Shown in pieces: positions 24,035 to 34,840 of a stretch of 64,000 nt of DNA. This DNA comes from Mayamaea pseudoterrestris (lineage: Eukaryota): positions 558,001 through 622,000 of the forward strand of contig BROI01000017.1 in assembly GCA_027923505.1 (NCBI GenBank), given 5' to 3'. Position 1 is the stretch's first letter; every line of letters begins with the position of its first letter. A program made the translations under genes and the position numbers. Under the pieces are notes generated by a model, which saw only the letters and a list, made by a program, of their open reading frames with translations, was not told the origin of the DNA and did no database searches.

Positions 24035-26659
24035 TTATACAGCTTCATAAAACAGCATGTATGCCTGTGTTGCTCGGACTTGTTCCCAAGAAACGGCTCT
24101 TACAGCGTCGTCTGATATGCGAAACCAGGATTTATCCACTGGATGACGTCGATAAGAAATGTAGTGACCAGAAAAGGCTCCTCCATGGTGCTCTATTAAA
24201 GCTTGCAGTTGAAAGATGATAGTCGACTGTGTGCCAAAACCTTTTAAGTTGGACGTGGCACTTCCAGCCCACTGAGCCTGGTTGTTCGATCCTCCACCGT
24301 AGACACAGAAAGGTGCGACATCCAAATACTCTGGGAAAACAACATGTTGCGCTGTTTTGGACATTCGATTAGTTGCTGGGTCGTAGAAGCGACGCTGTAC
24401 ATGAATCGCAAGAATCGAAGGAAGACGTGTCAAGAGTAGACGTTTGTATGCATCCTCACGTTCGATAGACAAGTATGAGGCCGGAAATGATTCATCAACA
24501 AGGTAATTTCCTGATGCGACAACTCGCTCAAGTGCTCCGTCTTCGTCGGGACTTGTCGATAAAAGATCTTCTAATTTTTGCTGAGCAATAATTAAGTCAT
24601 CGCGAAACTGTTTCGCCGGATCTTCATCGATCCCTGGCATCCCTGGCATACCCTCCGCAGCTCTCTTCGCTCGAGTCAACTTGGCTTTTATTCCCTCCTC
24701 CAAAAGCAGTATCTCCTCCTCCCAGTTTCTTATCTCTCGCTGCAGTGTACAATTGCGGCATTCTACATCATGCACCCGTTCCACTTCCGTAAATTGGAGC
24801 AACATTTCCTCCAATGAACACGGCGGACCACCGTTTGTCGGCGAGTATTTGACTGGCTCTATTCCCTTGTGTCGATGACTTCGCACAGATCCAGACAAGT
24901 ACCCGGCAACTGCTGTCGGGATGACTGGAATATCGAAAAAGGGAGCGTTCTGGATGGGTCGGACATGCTTGCACACGCTGCATCGTAGTGATGATCCCAG
25001 CCAGCCACAAAAAGGCGAGGGAGTAATGGACGAAGTCGAAGCCATCATCATTCGCATGGCTGCCGTTCGCTTTTGTTCTCGTGACGCCGCAGAACTGCTC
25101 ATCGACTCGCCTGGAAGAGGCGATATGCTTATATCGTCTAGCAGCACGTCGAAATGCTCAAGTGGCCGTCGCTGCGAAAGCAACGATTCCTCCGACGATA
25201 CATGAGGAATATGAGGATGATACTCGTCCTTTTTCTCATCTTGGTTCGTTGACATATAATCATCGTCGCTATCGGACTGGCTCGAATCCGCCGACTGACC
25301 GAATCCGTTTTGAGGTTGACGACACAGTACGCTTTCATTGGAAACATTGCAGTCGTAGTAGCACTCGCCGTTGCAGTCCTGTGCTGTATGGACTGCATCT
25401 GTACCTAATTTGACAGCTTCTATATTTTCGAGTCTCATTTCCGTCGTGGATCCCCATGCCGACGCCACCTCCCCACTGCCGGCATGCAATTCATCTATAT
25501 AACGATCATCAGCAATCGACTCCAAATTCGCAAAGTACGGCACGGCACTACTTGACTCATCCAGTTTAGCCGCTTGGACCACCATTCCGAGCAAAGCCTG
25601 CAACAGTTCCTGTGCGTCCTGCTGCTCCAATGTGGCGTCGTGGCTGCGCAAGACCGAGAGATTGCGAAATTGAGGATGATCGCGACTGACGGCAACTAGA
25701 ATTGGCCGCGGATCGATGAATGTCTGTGACTCTCGCTGTTTTCCATTAACGGCGATCAACAATTCAAGCAGTTGAGTCGGTAAAAAGGAGGCCGGTAACT
25801 GGTCTTGAGGAAAATGACGGCGCTGAGGTTGCCAACCACTGATTGTATCGTTGTCATCAAACTCGCTACTCAAGTCGTCCTGTTCATCGATTAGACACGA
25901 AATATGGAGCAAATAGGTTAAAAATGGATCAAGCGCGGCCAAACATTGTAGAACTGAATTTAAAAAGCAAGTCTGACCAAAGTTTGGTAGCCCCTTGACT
26001 GTCAAAATATGAGAACTGCTTGCAGAGGATTGGCTATCACGCAATCTTTTTGTAGATTGCTGTTTACTTTGCTGCTTTTGCAATGCAAGTCGGTGTTGAG
26101 AGCGTCCCAATTGTCGCGCCACTTCATGCTGCAGCAGTAATGACTCATCCATCAGCGTATTCAAGTATGAGCGGCAATATTGAATTATGAGATATCGGAA
26201 CCGATTCACTCTTTTTCTCGAGTATTGAATGAGACAGAAAGAAGGCAGTTTAAAAAGGAACCAGATACTATCAGTTGTTAGCAGATGATTGTTGCTTGCC
26301 GCCATCGCACCAGGCTCGTTCCAACGAGACTCGTTCAAAGTCTTCGTTGGCGCTGAAACTCCATCGTCATTACTTTCGTCGTCGTCAACATCGTCGTCAA
26401 CTTTGTCATCAAATCCCATAATAAGTCGCTGATGTTGAGCTTCCCGCTTCATCATGGCACTGGTTGGAATACTTCTCGTCATGACGATGGGTGCTTGGTT
26501 GGAATTTGAAAAGCGAGCTATCCGGGGTTGCTGCGGCGACAAGTTCGCGGCGGCACTCTTTGGGAGTTCAATCGATGGAAGCAAAGAAGTTGATTGGATC
26601 CTGTTTGAGATAATAGGCGTCGAAGCCTCCTGCGATACCGGTACACCTCCGTTCATCAT
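24035..26659 (-). CDS. Ubiquitin-specific protease (peptidase C19)
   Basis: Cys box GLPNFGQTCFLNSVLQ, EQQDAQE, His box EHHGGAFSGHYISYR, WFRISDD and AYMLFYE. Confidence 0.93.
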   Translation of the reverse strand: MMNGGVPVSQEASTPIISNRIQSTSLLPSIELPKSAAANLSPQQPRIARFSNSNQAPIVMTRSIPTSAMMKREAQHQRLIMGFDDKVDDDVDDDESNDDGVSAPTKTLNESRWNEPGAMAASNNHLLTTDSIWFLFKLPSFCLIQYSRKRVNRFRYLIIQYCRSYLNTLMDESLLLQHEVARQLGRSQHRLALQKQQSKQQSTKRLRDSQSSASSSHILTVKGLPNFGQTCFLNSVLQCLAALDPFLTYLLHISCLIDEQDDLSSEFDDNDTISGWQPQRRHFPQDQLPASFLPTQLLELLIAVNGKQRESQTFIDPRPILVAVSRDHPQFRNLSVLRSHDATLEQQDAQELLQALLGMVVQAAKLDESSSAVPYFANLESIADDRYIDELHAGSGEVASAWGSTTEMRLENIEAVKLGTDAVHTAQDCNGECYYDCNVSNESVLCRQPQNGFGQSADSSQSDSDDDYMSTNQDEKKDEYHPHIPHVSSEESLLSQRRPLEHFDVLLDDISISPLPGESMSSSAASREQKRTAAMRMMMASTSSITPSPFCGWLGSSLRCSVCKHVRPIQNAPFFDIPVIPTAVAGYLSGSVRSHRHKGIEPVKYSPTNGGPPCSLEEMLLQFTEVERVHDVECRNCTLQREIRNWEEEILLLEEGIKAKLTRAKRAAEGMPGMPGIDEDPAKQFRDDLIIAQQKLEDLLSTSPDEDGALERVVASGNYLVDESFPASYLSIEREDAYKRLLLTRLPSILAIHVQRRFYDPATNRMSKTAQHVVFPEYLDVAPFCVYGGGSNNQAQWAGSATSNLKGFGTQSTIIFQLQALIEHHGGAFSGHYISYRRHPVDKSWFRISDDAVRAVSWEQVRATQAYMLFYEAV

Positions 26660-29227
26660 GATTCTCTGCAATCTCTACGGACCCAAAGAATAGTGTCGTG
26701 CCGCGTGCCGCGTCCGATTTCTAAAGCTCCGTGGTCGTCAGCGCCGCTGTAAATGCGATTTAATACTATTCTTCAAACTTCAAATTTATTAATAGACACT
26801 TGATTTGGAAGCTAAATCTACTTCATTTCAATAGCTTGGTCGTAACAAGGTCGGCTGCCGCCGTTGGCACTGACCCAGCCTTTGGATTTGGATGGCAGGT
26901 AGGTCGATCAGTGGGCAGTTGCAATGGATATGTACCGGTACCGTAGGCAGTCGTGTACTGTTCGCATGAGAGAGCATCCGGTTCCAAGAGAGTCAAGGGT
27001 GCAGTGCTCAGGCAGTGGTTGAGTAGCTATCCAACTATTGCCTACACGAACTGGCGGGATCTGTTCGCAAGAGCTTCTTGGTGCAGCGGTTGCGCAGTGG
27101 TTGGGTAGCTATCCGACATAAATATGTCCTACTGGTGTTACTCACTCACACACGCACGCACACGAAAAACTTTTAACTCACTGAGCCCGTTCCGGGTCAG
27201 TGATATTCCCTGATGCTTTCTCGGCCCATCAAAAATTGATTCTCGCAGCAAAATGGCCTCGTCACATAAGCGTCGTACCGGTACTAGCTGTCAAAGCTGA
27301 TAGCAGTCACACTATGGCATCCATGGTGATGGATAATGAGGTGCCACTGACCACACAAAGGTTCCATCATGTCAACAAACATGAATTGAAAGGGATTGGT
27401 GGGATCAGTAGGCAATGCTGATGATTCCTGTAGCCAAAAAGGGGGCACTGCTGGCACATTCAACTATTGGTTGAATGTGCGGAGTTTTCTGGCATGGTGA
27501 TATTTCCACACCCTAAATGACAAGACTATCAGTCCCATTCAATGCTATACTCCATGTTTGTTGTATCTAGGGTCTGTGGGCCATTCAGGCAGTTGGACTT
27601 GCCCCATGAGGTGCATTACTTGCAGATCCAACAAGTTGTTGGATCTGCCAAGTATCACCAATAGCATCCATGGTGATGGATAATGAGGTGCATGTGACCA
27701 AATGCTTGCTCATCATGTCAACAAACCTGAATTGAAAGGGATTGAGGGGCTCAGTAGGCAATGTAGCCAAAAAGGGGGCACTGCTGGCACATTCAACCAT
27801 TGGTTGAATGTGCGGAGTTTTCCGGCATGGTGATGGGTTCCACACCCAAAATGACAAGACTGTCAGTCCCATTCAATGTTATACTCCATGTTTGTTGTAT
27901 CTAGGGTCTGTGGGCCATTCAGGCAGTTGGACTTGCCACATGAGGTGCATTGCTCGCAGATCCAACAACTTGTTGGATCTGCCAAGCATCACCAATAGCA
28001 TCCATGGTGATGGATAATGAGGTGCATGTGACCAAATTCCTCGCCCATCATGTCAACCAACATGAATTGAAAGGGATTGAGGGGTTGGCAGGCAATGCTG
28101 ATTATCCCTGTTGCCAAAAAGGGGGCACTGCTTGGTTGAATGTGCGGAGTTTTCCGGCATGGTGATGGGTTCCACACCCAATATGACAAGACTGTCAGTC
28201 CCATTCAATGCTATAATCCGTGTTTGTTGTATCTAGGGTCTGTGGGCCATTCAGGCAGTTGGACTTGCCCCTTGAGGTGCATTGCTCGCAGATCCAACAA
28301 GTTGTTGGATCTGCCAAGTATCACCAATAGCATCCATTGTGATGGATAATGAGGTGCATGTGACCAAATGCCTTGCTCATCATGTCAACAAACCTGAATT
28401 GAAAGGGATTGAGGGGCTCAGGAGGTGATGCTGATGATCCCTGTAGCCAAAAAGGGGGCACTGCTGGCACATTCAACCATTGGTTGAATGTGCGGAGTTT
28501 TCCGGCATGGTGATGGGTTCCACACCCTAAATGACAAGACTGTCAGTCCCATTCAATGTTATACTCCATGTTTGTTGTATCTAGGGTCTGCGGGCCATTC
28601 AGGCAGTTGGACTTGCCCCTTGAGGTGCATTACTCCCAGATCCAACAAATGTTTGATCTGCCAAGTATCACCAATAGCATCCATGGTGATGGATAATGAG
28701 GTGCATGTGACCAAATGCCTCACTCATCATGTCAACAAACCTGAATTGAAAGGGATTGAGGGGCTCAGCAGGCAATGCTGATGATTCCTGTAGCCAAAAA
28801 GGGGGCACTGCTAGCACATTCAACCATTTGTTGAATGTGCGGAGTTTTCCGGCATGGTGATGGGTTCCACACCCAATATGACAAGACTATCAGTCCCATT
28901 CAATGTTATACTCCATGTTTGTTGTATCTAGGGTCTGTGGGCCATTCAGGCAGTTGGACTTGCCCCTTGAGGTGCATTGCTCGCAGATCCAACAAGTTGT
29001 TGGATCTGCCAAGTATCACCAATAGCATCCATGGTGATGGATAAAGAGGTGCATGTGACCAAATGCCTCACTCATCATGTCAACAATCATGAATGGAAAG
29101 GGATTGAGGGGCTCAGCAGGCAATGCTGATGATTCCTGTAGCCAAAAAGGGGGCACTGCTGGCACATTCAACCATTGGATGAATGTGCGGAGTTTTCCGG
29201 CATGGTGATGGGTTCCACACCCAAAAT

Positions 29228-29400
29228 TGACACAATATTATTGAGTTGAGTTGACCTGCGTCTCATGACAAGACGGTTAGCTACCTGTGTTTTGTATGCA
29301 TTTAATCCTGTGCAGGGTTGAGTCACACTTGTGACCGAATCCTCACATACATGAGTGAAATCGCTGACGATCGAGGCGTGAACCTCGACCGTGAACCCAG
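29228..29400 (+). mobile_element. First 173 bp of the 5' LTR of the Copia element, preceded by target-site AAAAT (29223-29227)
   Basis: Reads identical to 34512-34684; starts TGACAC. Confidence 0.92.
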
Positions 29401-31849
29401 CACACGGTGATGGATAAAGAGGTGCATGTGACCAAATTCTTAGCCCAACATGTCAACAAACATGAATGGAAAGGGATTGAGGGGCTCTGGAGGCGATGCT
29501 GATGATCCCTGTAGCCAAAAAGGGGACACTGCTGGCACATTCAACCATTGGTTGAATGTGCGGAGTTTTCTGGCATGGTGAAGGGTTCCACACCCAAAAT
29601 GACAAGACTGTCAGTCCCATTCGATGTTATACTCCATGTTTGTTGTATCTAGGGCCTGTGGGCCATCCAGGCAGTTGGACTTGCCACATGAGTTGCCTTG
29701 CTTGCAGATCCAACAAGTTGTTGGATCTGCCAAGTATCACCAATAGCATCCACGGTGATGGATAAAGAGGTGCATGTGACCAAATTCCTAGCCCATCATG
29801 TCAACAAACATGAATGGAAAGGGATTAATGGGCTCAGCAGGCAATGCTGATGATTCCTGTAGCCAAAAAGGGGGCACTGCTGGCACATTCAACCATTGGT
29901 TGAATGTGCGGAGTTTTCCGGCATGGTGATGGGTTCCACACCCTAAATGACAAGACTATCAGTCCCATTCGATGTTATACTCCAAGTTTGTTGTATCTAG
30001 GGTCTGTGGGCCATTCAGGCAGTTGGACTTGCCACATGAGGTGCCTTGCTTGCAGATCCAACAAGTTGTTGGATCTGCCAAGCATCACCAATAGCATCCA
30101 TGCTGATGGATAATGAGGTGTATGTGACCAAATTCCTCGCCCATCATGTCTTTAAACATGAATTGAAAGGGATTGAGGGGCCAGGCGCAAAGGATTCCCT
30201 GTGCGGCTTACAGTGGCACATTCAGGGAATGATGCGGAGTTTTCGCTGGTGATGGGTGGGTTCCCCCGTCAGCCTCATCATTCTCCATCGTTTTTGTCGT
30301 GGGCCATTCTGGCCCTCGTTTGTCAACGAGCATTGGTGATGGATGGTCTGTATCGCCCATTCCAATCAGCTGTGAAGGGTTGGGGCTCAGAAGAATCTGA
30401 GTGGTCCCCTGTAATGCGAGACCCAGCCAAAAGAGGAGCACTACTGGCTTCAACCATTGGTTGAATGTGCGGGGTTTCCTGGCATGGTGATGGGTTCCAC
30501 ACCCAAAATGACAAGACTGTCAGTCCCATTCAATGTTATACTCCATGTTTGTTGTATCTAGGGGTCTGTGGGCCATTCAGGCAGTGCACATGAGGTGCAA
30601 CTCGAGATCCAACAACTTGTTGGATCTGCCAAGCATCACCAATAGCATCCATGGTGATGGATAATGAGGTGCATGCCAAATTCCTACCTCATCATGTCAA
30701 CAAACCTGGAATTGAAAGGGATTGAGGGGGCTCAGGAGGTGATGCTGATGATCCTGCAGCCAAAAAGAGGCACTGCTGGCACATTCAACCATTGGTTGAA
30801 TGTGCGGAGTTTTTCCGGCATGGTGATGGGTTCCACCCAAAATGACAAGACTGTCAGTCCCATTCAATGTTATTCCATGTTTGTTGTATCTAGTGTCTGT
30901 GGGCCATTCAGTGGACTTGCCACATGAGGTGCCTTGCTTGCAGATCCAACAAGTTGTTGGATCTGCCAAGCATCACCAATAGCATCCATGGTGATGGATA
31001 ATGAGGTGTATGTGACCAAATTCCGCCTCATCATGTCAACAATCATGAATTGAAAGGGATTGATGGGCCAGCGCAGCAATGCTGATGATTCCCTGTAGCC
31101 AAAAAGGGGCACTGCTGGCACATTCAACCATTGTTGAATGTGCGGAGTTTTCCGGCATGGTGATGGGTTCCCCCCCCAAAATGACAAGACTGTCGTCCCA
31201 TTCAATGTATACTCCATGTTTATTGTATCTAGGGTCTGTGGGCCATTCAGGCAGTTGGAATTGCCCCTTGAGGTGCATTGCTCGCAGATCCGGCAATGTT
31301 GTTGGATCTGCCAAGTATCACCCAATAGCATCCATTGTGATGGATAATGAGGTGCATGTGACCAAACCTCACTCATCATGTCAACAAACCTGAATTGAAA
31401 GGATTGAGGGGCTCAGCAGGCAATGCTGATGATTCCTGTAGCCAAAAAGGGGACACTGCTGGCACATTCAACCATTGGTTGAATGTGGAGTTCCAGCATG
31501 GTGATGGGTTCCACACCCAAAATGACAAGACTGTCAGTCCCATTCAATGCTATACTCCATGTTTGTTGTATCTTGGGTCTGTGGGCCATTCAGGCAGTTG
31601 GACTTGCCATGAGGTGCAGATCCAACAAGTTGTTGATCTGCGCATCACCAATAGCATCCATGGTGGTGGATAATGAGGTGCCATGTGACCAAATGCCTCT
31701 CATCATGTCAACGCAAGTGGATTGAAAGGGATTGAGGGGCTCAGCAGGCGATGCTGATGATTTCCTGTAGCCAAAGGGGCACTGTCGGCACATTCAAGCG
31801 TGGTGGTAATGCGGAATTGCGCATGCGGTGGTTACACCCAAAATGCAAC

Positions 31850-34840
31850 TGTTTGTCGCCTTTCCAGGGATCTTGCTGATGAGGATACCACTGAGAGCAG
31901 TGACATGCCCATAGCGCTAGACTTCATTCAAGACATTGGCGCTCACTTGCTCGTGCGATAACTTGCGAGGGTACACGGCTCGGGAAGCAAGTTGAAACCT
32001 TGTTGCGATTCTGTGCGATTCGTGACCAACAGAGCGAGCGGATAGAACAGAACCCTGCCGCGTCGCATAAGAAGTCAAGATCAGTCAGAACATCATAGAC
32101 CGTGCGGGCCACGGTGAAGCTCCTATGCGCTGTACTAATCGCCTTTTCAACAATCTGCGACCAGTCCCTCAGTTGGAAGCCCCTACAAGCCGCCAGCAAC
32201 CGGTACCCGACATTCGCGTTCCTGCAGTTCAAGTTCTGGGAACTTGAGTCCTGTACGAAGCTGGAGCCGACCGAACCGCTGACATTTCCTCACACGAGCT
32301 CAGCAGGACGCTGAGTCAGCATTGCAGAGAAAAAGGGTGACATCCTCACGTACCAAGATTCGATCGATCGGTTTTCCAACGTTCGATCCCTTCTCTGAAG
32401 GACGTAACCTGCGCGCTGAGCTCTCTCCTGAACCTGAGTCCGAACTCTGTTCGACCTGCTATCTTCGGCAGCGCGCCCATGGCGTGGAGACGAGTCAAGT
32501 CGAGAGCGTCGACGAGTTTTGAATAGTATGACCTGATCGGTCGTGTTTGAACACGACCTTACACCGACCCCCAGCGCCTGATTCTGGGGAACCGTGGAGA
32601 TGACACATTCCACGTTGGAAAGCGCTGCAAGTTAGCCGGTTTGGATCCCGACGGACCCATGCCGTCCTTTACTCCGGCTGAACTGATGGATTGACCGTCC
32701 TTCTTGACAGACGCACCGCCCACGCGTTACAAAGGTTATCGAGCAAACTGAAACGATCGCGATGCGAAGCCAACCACAAGATTATCAACGATTGAGTCTC
32801 GGCGACGGCGACGTCGACCAGCTTACTACCTGCACAACGAACTAGCTGCCTTCCTCTGTGCGAGCAGCAAAGATTTCTTTACGACGTGGGGGGACGATGA
32901 CAACGACGACCAGTACTAAGAAGACTTCATTGACGGACATGAAGGTCCACTGACACAAGCCACGGCCCCTTCGTATCGCGGCTCATCCTACAACTTGCTC
33001 ATCCAATGGGCAAATGGTGAGAAGACCTGGGAGCCACTCGACAACATTGATCATCAACGTCCCCCGTGTGACCGCCGGAGTATGCGGCAAGCGCAAGGGC
33101 ATGCTGGACAAGGATGGATGGAAGCGCGTGAAAGCCGCATGGCAGGACGCACTAAACTGTTTAACCGCATGTGCAAGGCTGCAAAGAAGAACCGTGTCCA
33201 AGAAGCGTTCGTTACGCGTTTATTGCGGTCTTCATGAAGGAAGGCCTGACGCTCGGCGCTGCTAATGGAAACACCCTGTGGACTGGCCGCAGCGTCCAAG
33301 ACTGAGAGGAGCAGACAGAGGACCGACCACGTCACACCTTTTCCGGGCATCGGATTGCCTTTCATGAGAAAGTGACTGAAGCGCATCAACGCGGCATCTT
33401 GTTTTTCGACTGCAAGAATGATCTACACGGCGCCCAACCCGTGGCTCGCGCGGGGAATTTGACCGCTCCGCCCAAGGGACTCGCCTACTCCGGGCGTTGT
33501 ATCTATGCGAAGCATCCGAACCATAGCACTGTTCAGCTGAATTGAATCTGACCTCAAGTTTTGGGCTGCCGGAGGTAAGCCACCTAGGCCTAAAGACCAA
33601 GGAAAAAGGTCTATTTTGTTCCGGTCGCGTTGACAGATATTGAACTTAGTTTCTCAGGCACCTTGTCAATACGAGATTGCGCACTTCTGGCGCGCGTTGG
33701 CATGAGCACTTTGCCAACCACACTCCGCGACATTGGATTCTACCTCATTCACGCGGGACCTGACGTCTGGATGCGGAAAGACGACGCGGCACTCCAAATG
33801 CGTACACGGGCGTGTTCGTCGACGATCTGGCTAATGGCCACAGAAAGATCCCACAAGCCTTCACCTCAACGACCTCGTCATGAGACAAGTACAAGCACAG
33901 AGCAGGCCGGCATCAATTGGTACCACCTTGGAGCCCATTCTATCGTGTGATCCCGATGGAAACCCTCTGCATGAGCGCCAACCTCGTGGGTCGCGATGCT
34001 CGAACCTACGGGTAACCATGTGTTTGGCGAAGAAGCGACGGCCACGCCGCAAGCCGCTGACGCGTTCGGCAATGGGAGTCCTGCGATCCTGAACCAGACG
34101 CCCGTCGAATGGTTCTGCAAGCGTCAGAAAAAACAATCATGAACAGCGAGTTCGTCGTAGCCAAGACCGCAACGCAACAGATTATGGATTCCGATACCCC
34201 TACGCATGTTGGGAGTTTCCTTTGAGTGGACCAGCCTGGATGTTCGGCGACAACGAAAGTGTCAAGAAGTCGTCAACGATCCCGCACTCCACACTTTCTA
34301 AGCGACACAATGCGCTCGCCTACCACCGAGTTCGCGAGGCCATTGCAAGCAATGTTCTGTACTTTGAGCACATCTTCGGCAAGCAGAACGTTGCCGACGT
34401 TCTTACTAAGTTCTTGCCGCACGCCACGTTCCGACCCCTGATCATTCCGATTCTTTTCTGGAAGGGTGATACGGCAAACCGATCGTTGTCACAAGCCTAG
34501 ATCAAGGGGGATGACACAATATTATTGAGTTGAGTTGACCTGCGTCTCATGACAAGACGGTTAGCTACCTGTGTTTTGTATGCATTTAATCCTGTGCAGG
34601 GTTGAGTCACACTTGTGACCGAATCCTCACATACATGAGTGAAATCGCTGACGATCGAGGCGTGAACCTCGACCGTGAACCCAGTGAGAACGAGAAAGAA
34701 GCGCACGAGTAGAGTAGCGAGTAACATGCACTATTCTAGCAATTGAGTTTGTTTGTTTGCTTTACGCTGGACGAAGAGGTTGATCGCTCCGAGTCCATTG
34801 TAGTCGCTGGAATAAAGGTTCGTCTGATATTATCGTGTCA
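31850..34840 (+). mobile_element. Ty1/copia (diatom CoDi-like) LTR retrotransposon: frameshifted pol remnant, PPT and complete 329-bp 3' LTR (34512-34840)
   Basis: Intact copia RNase H end MFGDNESV..LSKRHNALAYHRVREAIA..NVADVLTK (34222-34500); RT-like PDVWMR; PPT AAGGGGGA at 34504-34511; LTR TGACAC..GTGTCA followed by AAAAT. Confidence 0.9.

Noticed and set aside
31860..34220. Anciently decayed retrotransposon pseudogene or programmed frameshifting
   Set aside because: Identical LTR segments and a clean RNase H end conflict with old age; the dense indels look like low-quality consensus.
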